NCBI GenBank assembly: GCA_003220675.1
Contig: QHTD01000054.1
Span: 18,241-82,240 of the forward strand
Source of the DNA: Candidatus Rokuibacteriota bacterium
GTDB lineage: Bacteria > Methylomirabilota > Methylomirabilia > Rokubacteriales > CSP1-6
Direction of reading: 5' to 3'
DNA length: 64,000 nt
The position numbers and the translations under genes were made by a program. Shown here one piece after another: positions 1 to 9,133 of the stretch (its first letter is position 1; each line of letters opens with the position of its first letter). The notes under the pieces were generated by a model. The model was not told the origin of the DNA. It did not search any database and saw nothing but the letters and a program-made list of their open reading frames with translations.

Positions 1-128
1 CTGTTGAGGATCAGGAAGGCACGCTCACGGCGGCAGAGGACGAAGCTCCTCCGGTCGTCGGTGCCGGAGAGGGCCTCGCAGAAGACGCAACCGGTGGGCG
101 CCGCCCGCGAGACACCGACGTACTCCAT
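1..128 (-). CDS. HIT-family protein, N-terminal 42 codons only; the gene runs off the window
   Basis: Reverse-strand translation from the ATG at about 126-128 reads MEYVGVSRAAPTGCVFCEALSGTDDRRSFVLCRRERAFLILN, a HIT/Ap4A-hydrolase-like N-terminus with an open frame to the window edge. Confidence 0.35.
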   Translation of the reverse strand, partial: MEYVGVSRAAPTGCVFCEALSGTDDRRSFVLCRRERAFLILN

Positions 129-171
129 GCGCCAGGGCGCCCAGAGGCGCTTCACGCCGGCCGGGACGAGC

Positions 172-447
172 TCACGCGTTGACGAGCTCGCGCAGTCGCT
201 TTCCTACCTTGAAGAACGGCACCCGTTTCTGGGGGACGTCGACGCTCGACCCCGTCTTGGGATTGCGGCCCTTGCGCGAGTTCCGGTGACGGATGCGGAA
301 GCTGCCGAACCCCCGCAGCTCGACCTTGTCGCCCTTCGACAACGCGTCGGTGATGTTGTCGAAGACCGTGTTGACGATCGTCTCGGTCTCTTTCTTGGTC
401 AGGTTCGCGATCTTCGAGACTTCGTCGATCAGGTCAGCCTTGGTCAT
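172..447 (-). CDS. ihfB: HU/IHF-family DNA-binding protein, probably IHF beta
   Basis: MTKADLIDEV...RGFGSFRIRHRNSRKGRNPKTGSSVDV...FKVGKRL is an HU/IHF fold signature. Its position downstream of rpsA matches the conserved cmk-rpsA-ihfB arrangement. The track ORF begins 9 codons earlier. Confidence 0.7.
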   Translation of the reverse strand: MTKADLIDEVSKIANLTKKETETIVNTVFDNITDALSKGDKVELRGFGSFRIRHRNSRKGRNPKTGSSVDVPQKRVPFFKVGKRLRELVNA

Positions 448-498
448 CGTCCGCTCCCGTCCTGATTGGCGCAAAACTTTCGCTTGGAACTATCTGGC

Positions 499-528
499 AA
501 CCTAGCATGGCGCATGGAAGAATGTCAA
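499..528 (-). promoter_or_regulatory. candidate sigma70-like promoter for ihfB
   Basis: The minus strand reads TTGACA - 18 nt - TAGGTT about 55 nt upstream of the ihfB ATG, in a 285-nt AT-richer spacer. GGGAG sits 8 nt before the ATG. Confidence 0.3.
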
Positions 529-733
529 CCAGCGTAAGGAGTTAGCCGCCACCCGCACACTGGTGGGGCCCCGATGCGGGGTCTCGAGAAGAAATGCCAT
601 TTCCCACGCCGTGTTGGGGTGGGCTCGCTCCAAATGGTGGGTGGAGTTGAGAGTCCATATTTAGCAATCACTACCGTTGCTTACCCATCAACAAGTACGA
701 ACTGACTCTAGCGACAGCTGGCGATCATCGTTC

Positions 734-1648
734 TCAGTCCATCAGGTAGAGCGGCGTCTTGAATAGCGGGAGGGAGGGTGTGGCGAGGCCCGTCAGGCCG
801 AGCTGATTCCGGAGCAGGTCCACCACCGAGAAGCGGCGCCGCGGGCCGACGACCTTTGGCGGCTTTGGCAGCCCCGCAAGGGTGGCGGCGCCGTCAACCG
901 CGTCTTCGAGCCCGCCGAGCGCGTCGATCATGCGGAGCGCCTTGGCTTGGCTCCCCGAGAAGACGCGACCGTCCGCGAACCGTCCAACCTCTGCGCGGTC
1001 GAGCTTGCGGCCGTCGGCAACCGCAGCGATGAACTGGCCGTGGACGTCGTCCAGCAGCGTCTTCAGAAGACGGCGCTCCTCGACGGTCATGGGCCGCGCA
1101 AAGCTGCCGATGTCCTTGAACTCGCCCGCCTTGACGACCACGTACTCGACGCCCACCTTCTTCATGAGCGCGTTGAGGTTCGCGATCTGCATGACCACGC
1201 CGATGGACCCGGTCAGCGTCCCCGGGTTCGCGTAGATCTGGTCGGCCGCGACGGCGACGTAGTAGCCGCCCGACGCGGCCACCGAGCCAAGCGAGGCGAC
1301 CACGGGCTTGCCCGCCTCCCGGAGCCGCCGGATCGCGCCGTACAGCTCTTGCGTGGGCGCGACGGCGCCGCCGGGGCTGTTGATGCGGATCACGACGGCG
1401 CGGATGGCGGCGTTGTCACGATATGCCTTGATCTCGCGGACCAGGTCGTCGACGTCGACGATGACGCCCTCCAGCTCCACGATGGCGACGCGCTCGCCGA
1501 AAAGGGCGCCACCCGCGCCCCGGGAAGCCCCGAGCATGGACGAGGCAAACGCCACGAAGAGCGCGGTCGTGCCGAGGTAGATGACGAGCGCCCCGCCGAT
1601 CACCGCGAGGCGGCGGGGCGGTCTACTCCTCGTCGTCGTCGAAGTCAT
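734..1648 (-). CDS. sppA: signal peptide peptidase SppA (36K type, ClpP/crotonase fold)
   Basis: It has an N-terminal TM segment, then the SppA/S49 core ...GGYYVAVAADQIYANPGTLTGSIGV... The start may lie a few codons downstream, since it overlaps the rpsA stop by 26 nt. Confidence 0.8.
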   Translation of the reverse strand: MTSTTTRSRPPRRLAVIGGALVIYLGTTALFVAFASSMLGASRGAGGALFGERVAIVELEGVIVDVDDLVREIKAYRDNAAIRAVVIRINSPGGAVAPTQELYGAIRRLREAGKPVVASLGSVAASGGYYVAVAADQIYANPGTLTGSIGVVMQIANLNALMKKVGVEYVVVKAGEFKDIGSFARPMTVEERRLLKTLLDDVHGQFIAAVADGRKLDRAEVGRFADGRVFSGSQAKALRMIDALGGLEDAVDGAATLAGLPKPPKVVGPRRRFSVVDLLRNQLGLTGLATPSLPLFKTPLYLMD

Positions 1649-3356
1649 CCCGCTGCTTGCCGCGCTTGCCCCGGCGGCCGCGGGGGCCCTCCTCTGGCCG
1701 CGGCGGCTCGATGGCGTGAGCGAGTTCCTTCAGCGAGAGCCCGATGCGCCGCTCGTTGGGATCGACGCGGATCACGAGCAGCGTGAGCTCGTCACCGACG
1801 CTGACCAGCTCGTCGGGCCGGGCGATCGGTCGATTCGACATCTGCGAGACGTGCAGGAGGCCGTCCACGCCGGGCTCGAGCTCGATGAACGCGCCGAAGT
1901 CCGTGAGCCGGACGACCTTGCCGGTGACGCGCGAGCCCATCGGGTAGCGCTGGGCGACCGTCGCCCACGGGTCGGGCTGGATCTGCTTGAGCCCGAGGGA
2001 GATCCGCTTGTTCTCCTTGTCGATGTTGAGGATCTGCGTCTCGATCTCCTGCCCCTTCTTGAGAATTTCAGACGGGTGGCCGACGCTGCGGGTCCAGGAC
2101 ATGTCGGAGATGTGCAGGAGGCCATCCACGCCGGGCTCGAGCTCGATGAACGCGCCGAAGTCGGTCAGGTTGCGCACCTTCCCCGCGACCCGCGTCCCCG
2201 GGCGGTAGCGCTCCTCGATCGTCGCCCACGGGTCGGGCTCGACCTGTTTCATGCCGAGCGAGATGCGCTTCGCGGCGCGGTTGACGTCGAGCACGATCAC
2301 GTCCACCTCGTCGCCGACGTTCACCAGCTTGGAGGGATGACGCACGCGGCGCGTCCACGACATCTCCGAGACGTGGACGAGCCCCTCGACGCCGGGCTCG
2401 AGCTCGATGAAGGCGCCGTAGTTGGTGAGGCTCACCACCCTGCCGCGGGTCTTCGTGCCCGGCGCGAACGTCTGCTCCACGCGCTCCCACGGGTCCGACG
2501 ACTTCTGCTTGTAGCCGAGCGAGACGCGGCCCGTCTCGCGGTCGAAGTGCAGCACGACCACCTCGATCTGGTCGCCGACCTGGAAGATCTCCGAGGGATG
2601 GCCCACGCGCCCCCAGCTCATGTCGGTGACGTGCAGGAGGCCATCGATGCCGCCCAGGTCGATGAAGGCGCCGTAGTCGGTGATGTTCTTCACGGTGCCC
2701 GTGAGCACCATGCCCTCGGAGAGCACCTCGAGCGTGTGCTTCTTCTTCTCCTCGCGCTCCTCCTCGAGGACGGCGCGGCGGGAGAGGACGACGTTGCCGC
2801 GGCGCCGGTTCACCTTGATCACCTTCGCGCGAATCGTCTGCCCGACCATCGCGGCGAGATTCTTGACGGGGCGGAGGTCCACCTGTGAGCCGGGGAGGAA
2901 GGCCTTCACGCCCACGTCCACCGCCACGCCGCCCTTGACGACCTCGACGATCCGGCCCTCGACGGGCAGCCCCTTCTCGTGGGCCTGCATGATCGCGTCC
3001 CACACCTTGATCTTGTCGGCCTTGTCCTTCGAGAGGACGATCAGCCCCTCGGAGTCCTCCTTGGCCTCGAGGTAGACCTCGATCTCCTCGCCGACCCTGG
3101 GGAGCTTGCCGTGACGGTGAAACTCCTCGATCGGGATCGCGCCCTCGCTCTTGTAGCCGACGTCCACGAGGACCTCCGTCGAGGTCACCTGGACGACACG
3201 GCCGCGCACGACCTCGCCCTCCTCGAACTCGCTGCTGGTCCCTTCGTGGAACCAGTCCTCCATCCGCTCCTCGGCCGCGTCGTGTCCCTCCTTTCGCAGC
3301 GCGCCGAGGGAGTTCTTGGGTTCGTCCGTCTTCATCCCGCCAGTTCCTCCAGTCAT
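1623..3356 (-). CDS. rpsA: 30S ribosomal protein S1
   Basis: Six tandem S1 domains with the repeated G-x-V-x-G-x-V...FGAFIELEPGVDGLLHISDMSW motif. It lies between cmk and ihfB as in many bacteria. Confidence 0.9.
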   Translation of the reverse strand: MTGGTGGMKTDEPKNSLGALRKEGHDAAEERMEDWFHEGTSSEFEEGEVVRGRVVQVTSTEVLVDVGYKSEGAIPIEEFHRHGKLPRVGEEIEVYLEAKEDSEGLIVLSKDKADKIKVWDAIMQAHEKGLPVEGRIVEVVKGGVAVDVGVKAFLPGSQVDLRPVKNLAAMVGQTIRAKVIKVNRRRGNVVLSRRAVLEEEREEKKKHTLEVLSEGMVLTGTVKNITDYGAFIDLGGIDGLLHVTDMSWGRVGHPSEIFQVGDQIEVVVLHFDRETGRVSLGYKQKSSDPWERVEQTFAPGTKTRGRVVSLTNYGAFIELEPGVEGLVHVSEMSWTRRVRHPSKLVNVGDEVDVIVLDVNRAAKRISLGMKQVEPDPWATIEERYRPGTRVAGKVRNLTDFGAFIELEPGVDGLLHISDMSWTRSVGHPSEILKKGQEIETQILNIDKENKRISLGLKQIQPDPWATVAQRYPMGSRVTGKVVRLTDFGAFIELEPGVDGLLHVSQMSNRPIARPDELVSVGDELTLLVIRVDPNERRIGLSLKELAHAIEPPRPEEGPRGRRGKRGKQRDDFDDDEE

Positions 3357-4729
3357 TGGATTTGAGCGTGCACGCGCGGCTTCAGCCGCGCCCCGTCAGC
3401 CGCCACGCTATCTTTGAGTCGTGCGATCGCGGCCATCATCTCCCGGCCCGCAGCCTCGTACTGCGCGCGCCGGTGGCCTCCGGCCCGCCGCCCGCCGTCG
3501 AAGGAGAGCGGCGGGCCGAACACCACCGTGATCCTCGCGGGCCGGAAGAAGCGGCGGCCGCGTGGCCACGCGCGCCCGCTTCCGCTGATGTACACCGGCA
3601 CGACCGGCGCGCCGCTCGTGACCGCGAGCATACCCGCGCCGGTCTTCGCGGGCCGGAGCACCCCTTCCTCGCCCCGCGTCCCCTCGGGGAAGATCAGGAG
3701 CGCGCCCTCGGCCTCGAGGACGCGGAGCGCCGTCCGGAGCGCGCCAGGGTCCGGTCCCTGGCGCCGGACCGGTCGCGCGTTGAGACGCCGGATCAGCGTC
3801 CCGAAGAGCGGGATCCGGAACAGCTCCACCTTGGCCAGAAACCAGAGCTGCCGCGACACGGCGGCGCCGACCAGCGGCGGATCGAGGAAGCTCGAGTGGT
3901 TGGCGACGAGCAGGACGGGTCCCCTGGACGGCACGTGGTCCGGGTTCTTCGCCTCGAGCCTGAAGAAGAGCCGCAACAGGGCCGCGGCGACCGGCTTGGC
4001 AAACGCGTAGAGCCCGCTCATCGGCGCCCCGTCCGCGGCGCGGCCCTCCGCCCGGCACCCGCGGCGCCGCTCGACCTCGGCCAGCATCCGCTCGACCACC
4101 TGCTCGATCGTGAGTTCCGACGTGTCCACCTCGATCGCGTCGTCCGCTTTCCTCAACGGCGCGAGCGCGCGGGTCGTGTCCTGGACGTCGCGCCGCCCGA
4201 TCTCGCCGCGGACGGTCCCGAAGTCCGCCTCGAGGCCGCGCGCCCGCAGCTCGGCCTGCCGGCGCCGCGCGCGCTCGTCGAGCGTCGCGTCCATGTAGAA
4301 CTTCACCTCGGCATCCGGGCACACGACGGTCCCAGTGTCGCGCCCCTCGAGGACCACGCCGCCCGCCGCCGCCGCGCGCCGCTGGAGCGGCGTGATCTTC
4401 TCGCGGACCGCGGCGAGCCGCGTGAGCCGCGAGGTCAACTCGCTGATCCGTGGCGTCCGGATCTCGGCGGTGACATCCCGGCCGTCGAGGAGCAGCCGGT
4501 CCCCCCGGAGGCGGACGTCCACGCCCTCGAGGTGGGCGCGGAGCTTCGCCTCGTCGTCGGGCGAGAGCCCGGCCGCGTCCACCGAGAGCGCCAGCGCGCG
4601 GTACATGGCCCCGGTGTCGATGAACCGGAAGCCGAGCCGCTCGGCGAGGCGCCGGCCCACCGTGCTCTTGCCCGCAGCCGCCGGACCGTCGACCGTGATC
4701 ACCGGCTCACGCCCTTCGGCTCCCCTCAT
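3353..4729 (-). CDS. cmk: bifunctional fusion of cytidylate kinase (N-terminal) and a PlsC-type 1-acyl-sn-glycerol-3-phosphate acyltransferase (C-terminal)
   Basis: The N-terminal half VITVDGPAAAGKSTVGRRLAERLGFRFIDTGAMYRA carries the Cmk P-loop. The C-terminal half LLVANHSSFLDPPL...LIFPEGTRGEEG has the LPLAT HX4D and EGTR motifs. It is one uninterrupted frame. The start is probably the M at codon 27 (4729), and the track ORF extends to 4807. Confidence 0.8.
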   Translation of the reverse strand: MRGAEGREPVITVDGPAAAGKSTVGRRLAERLGFRFIDTGAMYRALALSVDAAGLSPDDEAKLRAHLEGVDVRLRGDRLLLDGRDVTAEIRTPRISELTSRLTRLAAVREKITPLQRRAAAAGGVVLEGRDTGTVVCPDAEVKFYMDATLDERARRRQAELRARGLEADFGTVRGEIGRRDVQDTTRALAPLRKADDAIEVDTSELTIEQVVERMLAEVERRRGCRAEGRAADGAPMSGLYAFAKPVAAALLRLFFRLEAKNPDHVPSRGPVLLVANHSSFLDPPLVGAAVSRQLWFLAKVELFRIPLFGTLIRRLNARPVRRQGPDPGALRTALRVLEAEGALLIFPEGTRGEEGVLRPAKTGAGMLAVTSGAPVVPVYISGSGRAWPRGRRFFRPARITVVFGPPLSFDGGRRAGGHRRAQYEAAGREMMAAIARLKDSVAADGARLKPRVHAQIQ

Positions 4730-6040
4730 GCCTCGACGGTCACTGCCGGCCTGCCGGCCAGCGCGTTGAGCATCTCGACGAACTGGGGAAAGGACGTCGC
4801 GACGCACGCCGTGTCCTCCACGACCGTCTCGCCGTCGGCCACGAGGCCTGCGACCGCCAGCGCCATGGCCATCCGATGGTCGCCGCCGCTCGCCACGCGT
4901 GCGCCGCGGAAGCGCTGGGGCCCCTCGATCACCATCCCGTCAGCCCGCTCCTTGACGCTCACGCCCATCTTCTTGAACTCACGCGCCAGCGCGGCGATGC
5001 GGTCCGATTCCTTGACGCGGAGCTCAGCGGCGTCGCCGATCGTGGTGGCCCCGCGTGCGGCGACGGCGGCGACGGCGAGCGCGGGGATCTCGTCGATGAG
5101 GCGTGGCACGAGCTGGCCGCCGATGGCCGTCGCCCGGAGGTCTGCCGAGCCGAGGGTGAGACTCACCGAGGGTTCCGCGTCCTCCTCCGCTCCGGCCCCC
5201 ACCGATTCGACGCGCGCGCCCATCGCCTCGAGGACGACCAGGATCCCCGTGCGCGTCGGGTTCACGCCGACCCGCGTCACCGTCACGCGCGCGTCGGGCA
5301 CGATCGCCGCGGCGACGAGCAGGAACGCCGCCGAGGAGATGTCGCCGGGGATGTGCACGGTGGTCCCGCGGAGGTCGCCGGGCTCGAGCGTCACCGCGCC
5401 ACCGTCGACGCGGAGCCGCGCACCGAACTGGCGGAGCATCCGCTCGGAGTGGTCGCGCGAGGGCGCGGGCTCCTCCACCGAGACCGGGCCGTCGGCGTAG
5501 AGCCCCGCGAGCAGGATCGCCGATTTGACCTGCGCCGATGCGACGGGAGACGTGTGCGCGATCGCCCAGAGGGGCCGCCTCCCCTTCACCGCGAGCGGCA
5601 GGCGCGTGGCCTGGGCACGCCCCACAACCGCCGCGCCCATGCGGCCGAGCGGCTCGGTCACGCGCGCCATCGGGCGCTGCCTGAGCGACGCGTCGCCAGT
5701 GAGCAACGTCCAGAAGGACTGGCCCGCCAGCACGCCCAGCAGAAGGCGCGCGGTGGTGCCGGAGTTGCCGCAGTCGATGACGTCGCCCGGTTCCTGGAGC
5801 CCGTAGCGACCCGCGCCCGCGATCCGATAGTGGCCGGGCCCCTTGCGCGTAACCTCGGCGCCGAGGGCCTGGACCGCCGCGATCGTGCGCAGGCAGTCCT
5901 CGGCCTCGAGGTAGCCGTGAATCTCCGTCACGCCGTCCGCGAGCGCGCCGAGGAGCGCCGCGCGGTGGGAGATGGACTTGTCCCCCGGCACCTCCGCGGT
6001 CCCCGCGAGCCGGTCTACGGGGCGGACCCTGAACCTCACT
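4726..6040 (-). CDS. aroA: 3-phosphoshikimate 1-carboxyvinyltransferase (EPSP synthase)
   Basis: KSISHRAALLGALADGVTEI...LDCGNSGTTARLL...VKESDRIAALAREF. The GTG start sits at the VRFRVRP position (about 6040) and overlaps the tyrA stop. The first 200 codons of the track ORF are read-through of tyrA in another frame. Confidence 0.9.
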
Positions 6041-6884
6041 GCATCGCCTCCCGTGCCGCCTTGATCCTCGCGAGCGCGGCGCGAAGCTCCGCTGCGGAGC
6101 CCCGCGTGACGCAACGCTCGAGCTCCGCGAGCGCCCGCCGGAACGCGTCGAGGCTCGTCGCGAGCGCCGCGCGGTTGGCCAGGAAGATCTCGGTCCAGAC
6201 GTCGGGGTCGGAGGCGGCGATGCGCGTCGTGTCCTTGAACCCGCGCGCGGCGAGCTCGAGGGCGGCGGGCTCGAAGCGCGTCACGCCGTCCACGAGGGCG
6301 CAGGCGACGAGGTGCGGCAGGTGGCTGATCGCCGCGACCGCCTGGTCGTGGGTCGGAGCGTCGAGCGCGCTCACGCGCGCGCCCATCGCCTCCCAGAACT
6401 CGGTCACGGCCTTCACGGCACGCGGCTCGGTCCGGTCGGTCGGCGTCAGGATCACCGTGGCCGCCCGGAAAAGGTCGGCCCGCGCGACGCCGTAGCCGCT
6501 CCGTTCGGAGCCCGCCATCGGGTGACTTCCCACAAATGCGAGCGCCCGCCGCGCGGCAAGCTGGTCGGCGACGCGGACGATCCCGGCCTTCGTCGAGGCG
6601 ACGTCGGTCACGGTGGCGCCGTCCGGCGCCGCCCACCACACGCGCGGCAGGAGCGCCTCGACCGCCAGCACCGGGACGGCGAGGAGGACAAAGTCGGCGT
6701 CGCGCACGCCCGCTTCGAGGTCCGTGGTGACGCGGTCCAGCGCGCCGTCGCGGAGGGCCGTGCCCAGGCGCGCTTCGTCGCGACCCACGCCGACGATCTC
6801 GCGCGCCAGCCCGCCGGAGCGGACCGCCTTGGCGACCGATCCTCCGAGGAGGCCGACGCCGACGATCGTGAGCCGCTGGATCAC
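6036..6884 (-). CDS. tyrA: prephenate dehydrogenase
   Basis: The N-terminal NAD-binding motif IVGVGLLGGS and the PDH-family body. It sits in an aromatic amino-acid cluster between hisC and aroA. Confidence 0.8.
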   Translation of the reverse strand: MIQRLTIVGVGLLGGSVAKAVRSGGLAREIVGVGRDEARLGTALRDGALDRVTTDLEAGVRDADFVLLAVPVLAVEALLPRVWWAAPDGATVTDVASTKAGIVRVADQLAARRALAFVGSHPMAGSERSGYGVARADLFRAATVILTPTDRTEPRAVKAVTEFWEAMGARVSALDAPTHDQAVAAISHLPHLVACALVDGVTRFEPAALELAARGFKDTTRIAASDPDVWTEIFLANRAALATSLDAFRRALAELERCVTRGSAAELRAALARIKAAREAMQ

Positions 6885-7993
6885 GCAGACTGCTTTCCGA
6901 GCACCCGGCGAAGGGCCTTGACGAGCTTCCGGTTCTCTTCGGGGGTCCCCACCGTGATGCGCAGCGCCGTCTCCATCCCGAACGGGGTCATCGGCCGGAC
7001 GATCACGCCCTCGTGGAGGAGCTTCTGGTAGATGTCAGCCGCGCTGCGCCCGACGTCGACCAGGATGAAGTTGGCGCGCGCCGGCACGTACTGCACGCCG
7101 AGCGTCTTGAACTCGTCATAGAGGAAGTGGCGTCCCGCCTCGATCATCCGCACGCACTCGAGGATGTGGCCGTCGTCCTCGAGCGCGGCAAGCGCGGCCG
7201 CCTGCGCGAGCGAGTTCACGTTGAACGGCTGGCGGATCCGGTTCATCAACGCGATCGCATCCGCGTCCGCGACGCCGTAGCCGACGCGCAGCCCGGCGAG
7301 GCTCGCCGCCTTCGAGAAGGTGCGGAGGACGGCGACCTTGCGCCCCTGCTTGACGTAGTTGAGCGTGTCCGGGAAGTCCGGGCCCAGCGCGAACTCGATG
7401 TACGCCTCGTCGAAGACGACGATGGTCCGCTCGGGGACGCGCGTCATGAAGCGTTCGACCTCATCGGCCGTCACGATCGTCGCGGTGGGGTTGTTGGGGT
7501 TCGCGATGAAGACGACCTTCGTCATCGGGGTGATCGCGCGCGCCATCGCCTCGAGATCGAGGCGATGCTCCTTCAGCATCACCATGACGCGGACGCCCCC
7601 GGCCGCCTGGACGATCATCGGGTACACGACGAAGGACGGGTGCGGGACCACCGCCTCGTCGCCGGGCCGGAGGAACGCGCGGACGAGCAGCTCGATCAGC
7701 TCGTTCGAGCCGTTGCCGAGCACGATCTGGTCGGGCGACGCTCCGTGTTTCTTGGCGAGCGCCTGCCGCAGATAGAAGCCGCTGCCGTCCGGGTACCGGT
7801 TGAGGTGGTTGAGCGCGGCGAGGATCGCCCGCTGCACGCGGTCGGAAGGCGGCAACGGGTTCTCGTTCGACGCGAGCTTGATCGCGTTGTGGATGCCCAG
7901 CTCGCGCTCCAGCTCCTCGATCGGCTTGCCCGGCTCGTACGGCGCGATCCCGAGGATGTGTTCGTTGGCCAATGACTCCCACTGCGTAGGCAT
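6881..7993 (-). CDS. hisC: histidinol-phosphate / aromatic aminotransferase (class II PLP enzyme)
   Basis: LASNENPLPPS...YP... HisC-family signature. Embedded in the pheA-tyrA-aroA cluster, so it may act as the aromatic aminotransferase. Confidence 0.8.
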   Translation of the reverse strand: MPTQWESLANEHILGIAPYEPGKPIEELERELGIHNAIKLASNENPLPPSDRVQRAILAALNHLNRYPDGSGFYLRQALAKKHGASPDQIVLGNGSNELIELLVRAFLRPGDEAVVPHPSFVVYPMIVQAAGGVRVMVMLKEHRLDLEAMARAITPMTKVVFIANPNNPTATIVTADEVERFMTRVPERTIVVFDEAYIEFALGPDFPDTLNYVKQGRKVAVLRTFSKAASLAGLRVGYGVADADAIALMNRIRQPFNVNSLAQAAALAALEDDGHILECVRMIEAGRHFLYDEFKTLGVQYVPARANFILVDVGRSAADIYQKLLHEGVIVRPMTPFGMETALRITVGTPEENRKLVKALRRVLGKQSA

Positions 7994-8002
7994 GCTCTCT
8001 CC

Positions 8003-9064
8003 TTAGGCGGCCGGATACGACCCGAGGATCTTCAGGTACAAGGTCCGTTCCCCGATCTCACGAAGCACGGACGCGACCAGCGGAGTGTCGCGATGTCCCT
8101 CGAGGTCGACGAAGATGACGTACTCCCAGGGACTCTGCTTGGCCGGTCGCGACTCGATCTTCGTGAGGTTGATGCCGTCGCGGGCGAGCGGCTCCAGGAT
8201 CCGGTAGAGGGCGCCGGGCACGTTCCGCATCGCGAAGAGGATCGAGGTCTTGTCGCGCCCGGTCGGGCCAATGGGCCGGCGACCCACGACGAGGAAGCGC
8301 GTCGCGTTTTGCGGGTTGTCCTCGATACGCGACTCCAAGACGGGGACGTTGTAGAGCTGCGCGGCGAGCTCGGAGGCGATCGCCGCCACCGTCGCGTCGG
8401 CAGCCGCCAGCTCCGCCGCGACCGCGGTCGAGAGCGTGTCCTCCGTGGCGACCTCGGCCAGGTGCTCGGCGAGCCACCCCCGGCACTGCGCGAGCGCCTG
8501 CGGGTGCGAGACGACGCGCTTGACCTCGTCGAGCTCGGCAGCGCGCGACAGGAGGTGATGGGTGATCTCGAGCTTGAGCTCGCCGCAGATCAGCGTGTCG
8601 GAGACGATAAGGCGGTCGAGCGTCACGTTGACGGCGCCATCGGTCGAGTTCTCGACGGGCACGACGCCGACGTCGGCGCGCCCGCGCTCGACGTCGTCGA
8701 AGACCTCACCGATCGAGCGGCCCGGGCGGAACGTCGCCGCCGCGCCGAAGCGCTGGAGCGCCGCCTGGTGCGTGAACGTCGCCTGCGGGCCCAGGTACGC
8801 AACGGTCAGAGGGGCCTCGACCGCGCGACAACCGGACAGGATCTGGCGCCAGACGGCGGCGACGGTGTCGGAGGCCAGCGGCCCGCGGTTCTTCTCGATC
8901 AGGCGCCGGACGATGTCGGCTTCACGCTCCGGCGCATACGACGGCGCGTCCTGACGTCGTTTGAGGTCTCCGATCTGGAGGGCGGCCTCGGCGCGTTGGG
9001 TGAGGAGGTCTAGGATTTGGTTGTCGAGGTCATTGATCCTGGAACGCCAATCGTCCAGGTTCAT
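8003..9064 (-). CDS. pheA: bifunctional chorismate mutase / prephenate dehydratase (P-protein)
   Basis: An N-terminal chorismate mutase helix (LDDWRSRINDLDNQILDLLTQRAEAAL), the PDT domain (VAYLGPQATFTHQAA) and a C-terminal ACT domain. Confidence 0.85.
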   Translation of the reverse strand: MNLDDWRSRINDLDNQILDLLTQRAEAALQIGDLKRRQDAPSYAPEREADIVRRLIEKNRGPLASDTVAAVWRQILSGCRAVEAPLTVAYLGPQATFTHQAALQRFGAAATFRPGRSIGEVFDDVERGRADVGVVPVENSTDGAVNVTLDRLIVSDTLICGELKLEITHHLLSRAAELDEVKRVVSHPQALAQCRGWLAEHLAEVATEDTLSTAVAAELAAADATVAAIASELAAQLYNVPVLESRIEDNPQNATRFLVVGRRPIGPTGRDKTSILFAMRNVPGALYRILEPLARDGINLTKIESRPAKQSPWEYVIFVDLEGHRDTPLVASVLREIGERTLYLKILGSYPAA

Positions 9065-9099
9065 AGGGACTCCTGCCGACCCTGCTCTCTCGAATCGCG

Positions 9100-9133
9100 C
9101 TCATTATAGGCCCACGACGGAGACGAGGGCAAG
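9100..9133 (-). promoter_or_regulatory. candidate pheA promoter
   Basis: The minus strand reads cTTGCCc - 18 nt - TATAAT about 35 nt upstream of the pheA ATG, in the 69-nt rluB-pheA spacer. Confidence 0.3.

Noticed and set aside
448-733. tRNA or other known ncRNA gene in the long spacer
   Set aside because: It has no cloverleaf-compatible arms, no GGTTCGAnTCC T-loop and no CCA end. Only generic GC hairpins are present.
3356-5500. The 714-aa plus-strand ORF, and similarly 1581-2888, 30392-32275, 32794-34788, 47713-50118, 51243-54146, 54124-55635 and others
   Set aside because: They are antisense to well-supported minus-strand genes (cmk/aroA, rpsA, bamA, clpC, smc, secA, recN). They have Arg/Pro/Gly-rich low-complexity composition and no recognisable domains, so they are classic GC-rich shadow ORFs.
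8562-8954. Small plus-strand ORFs reported with an M start (for example 8562-8954 and 8961-9302)
   Set aside because: Their 'M' is really a GTG or TTG start in the track, and they lie antisense inside pheA. They have no SD or domain support.
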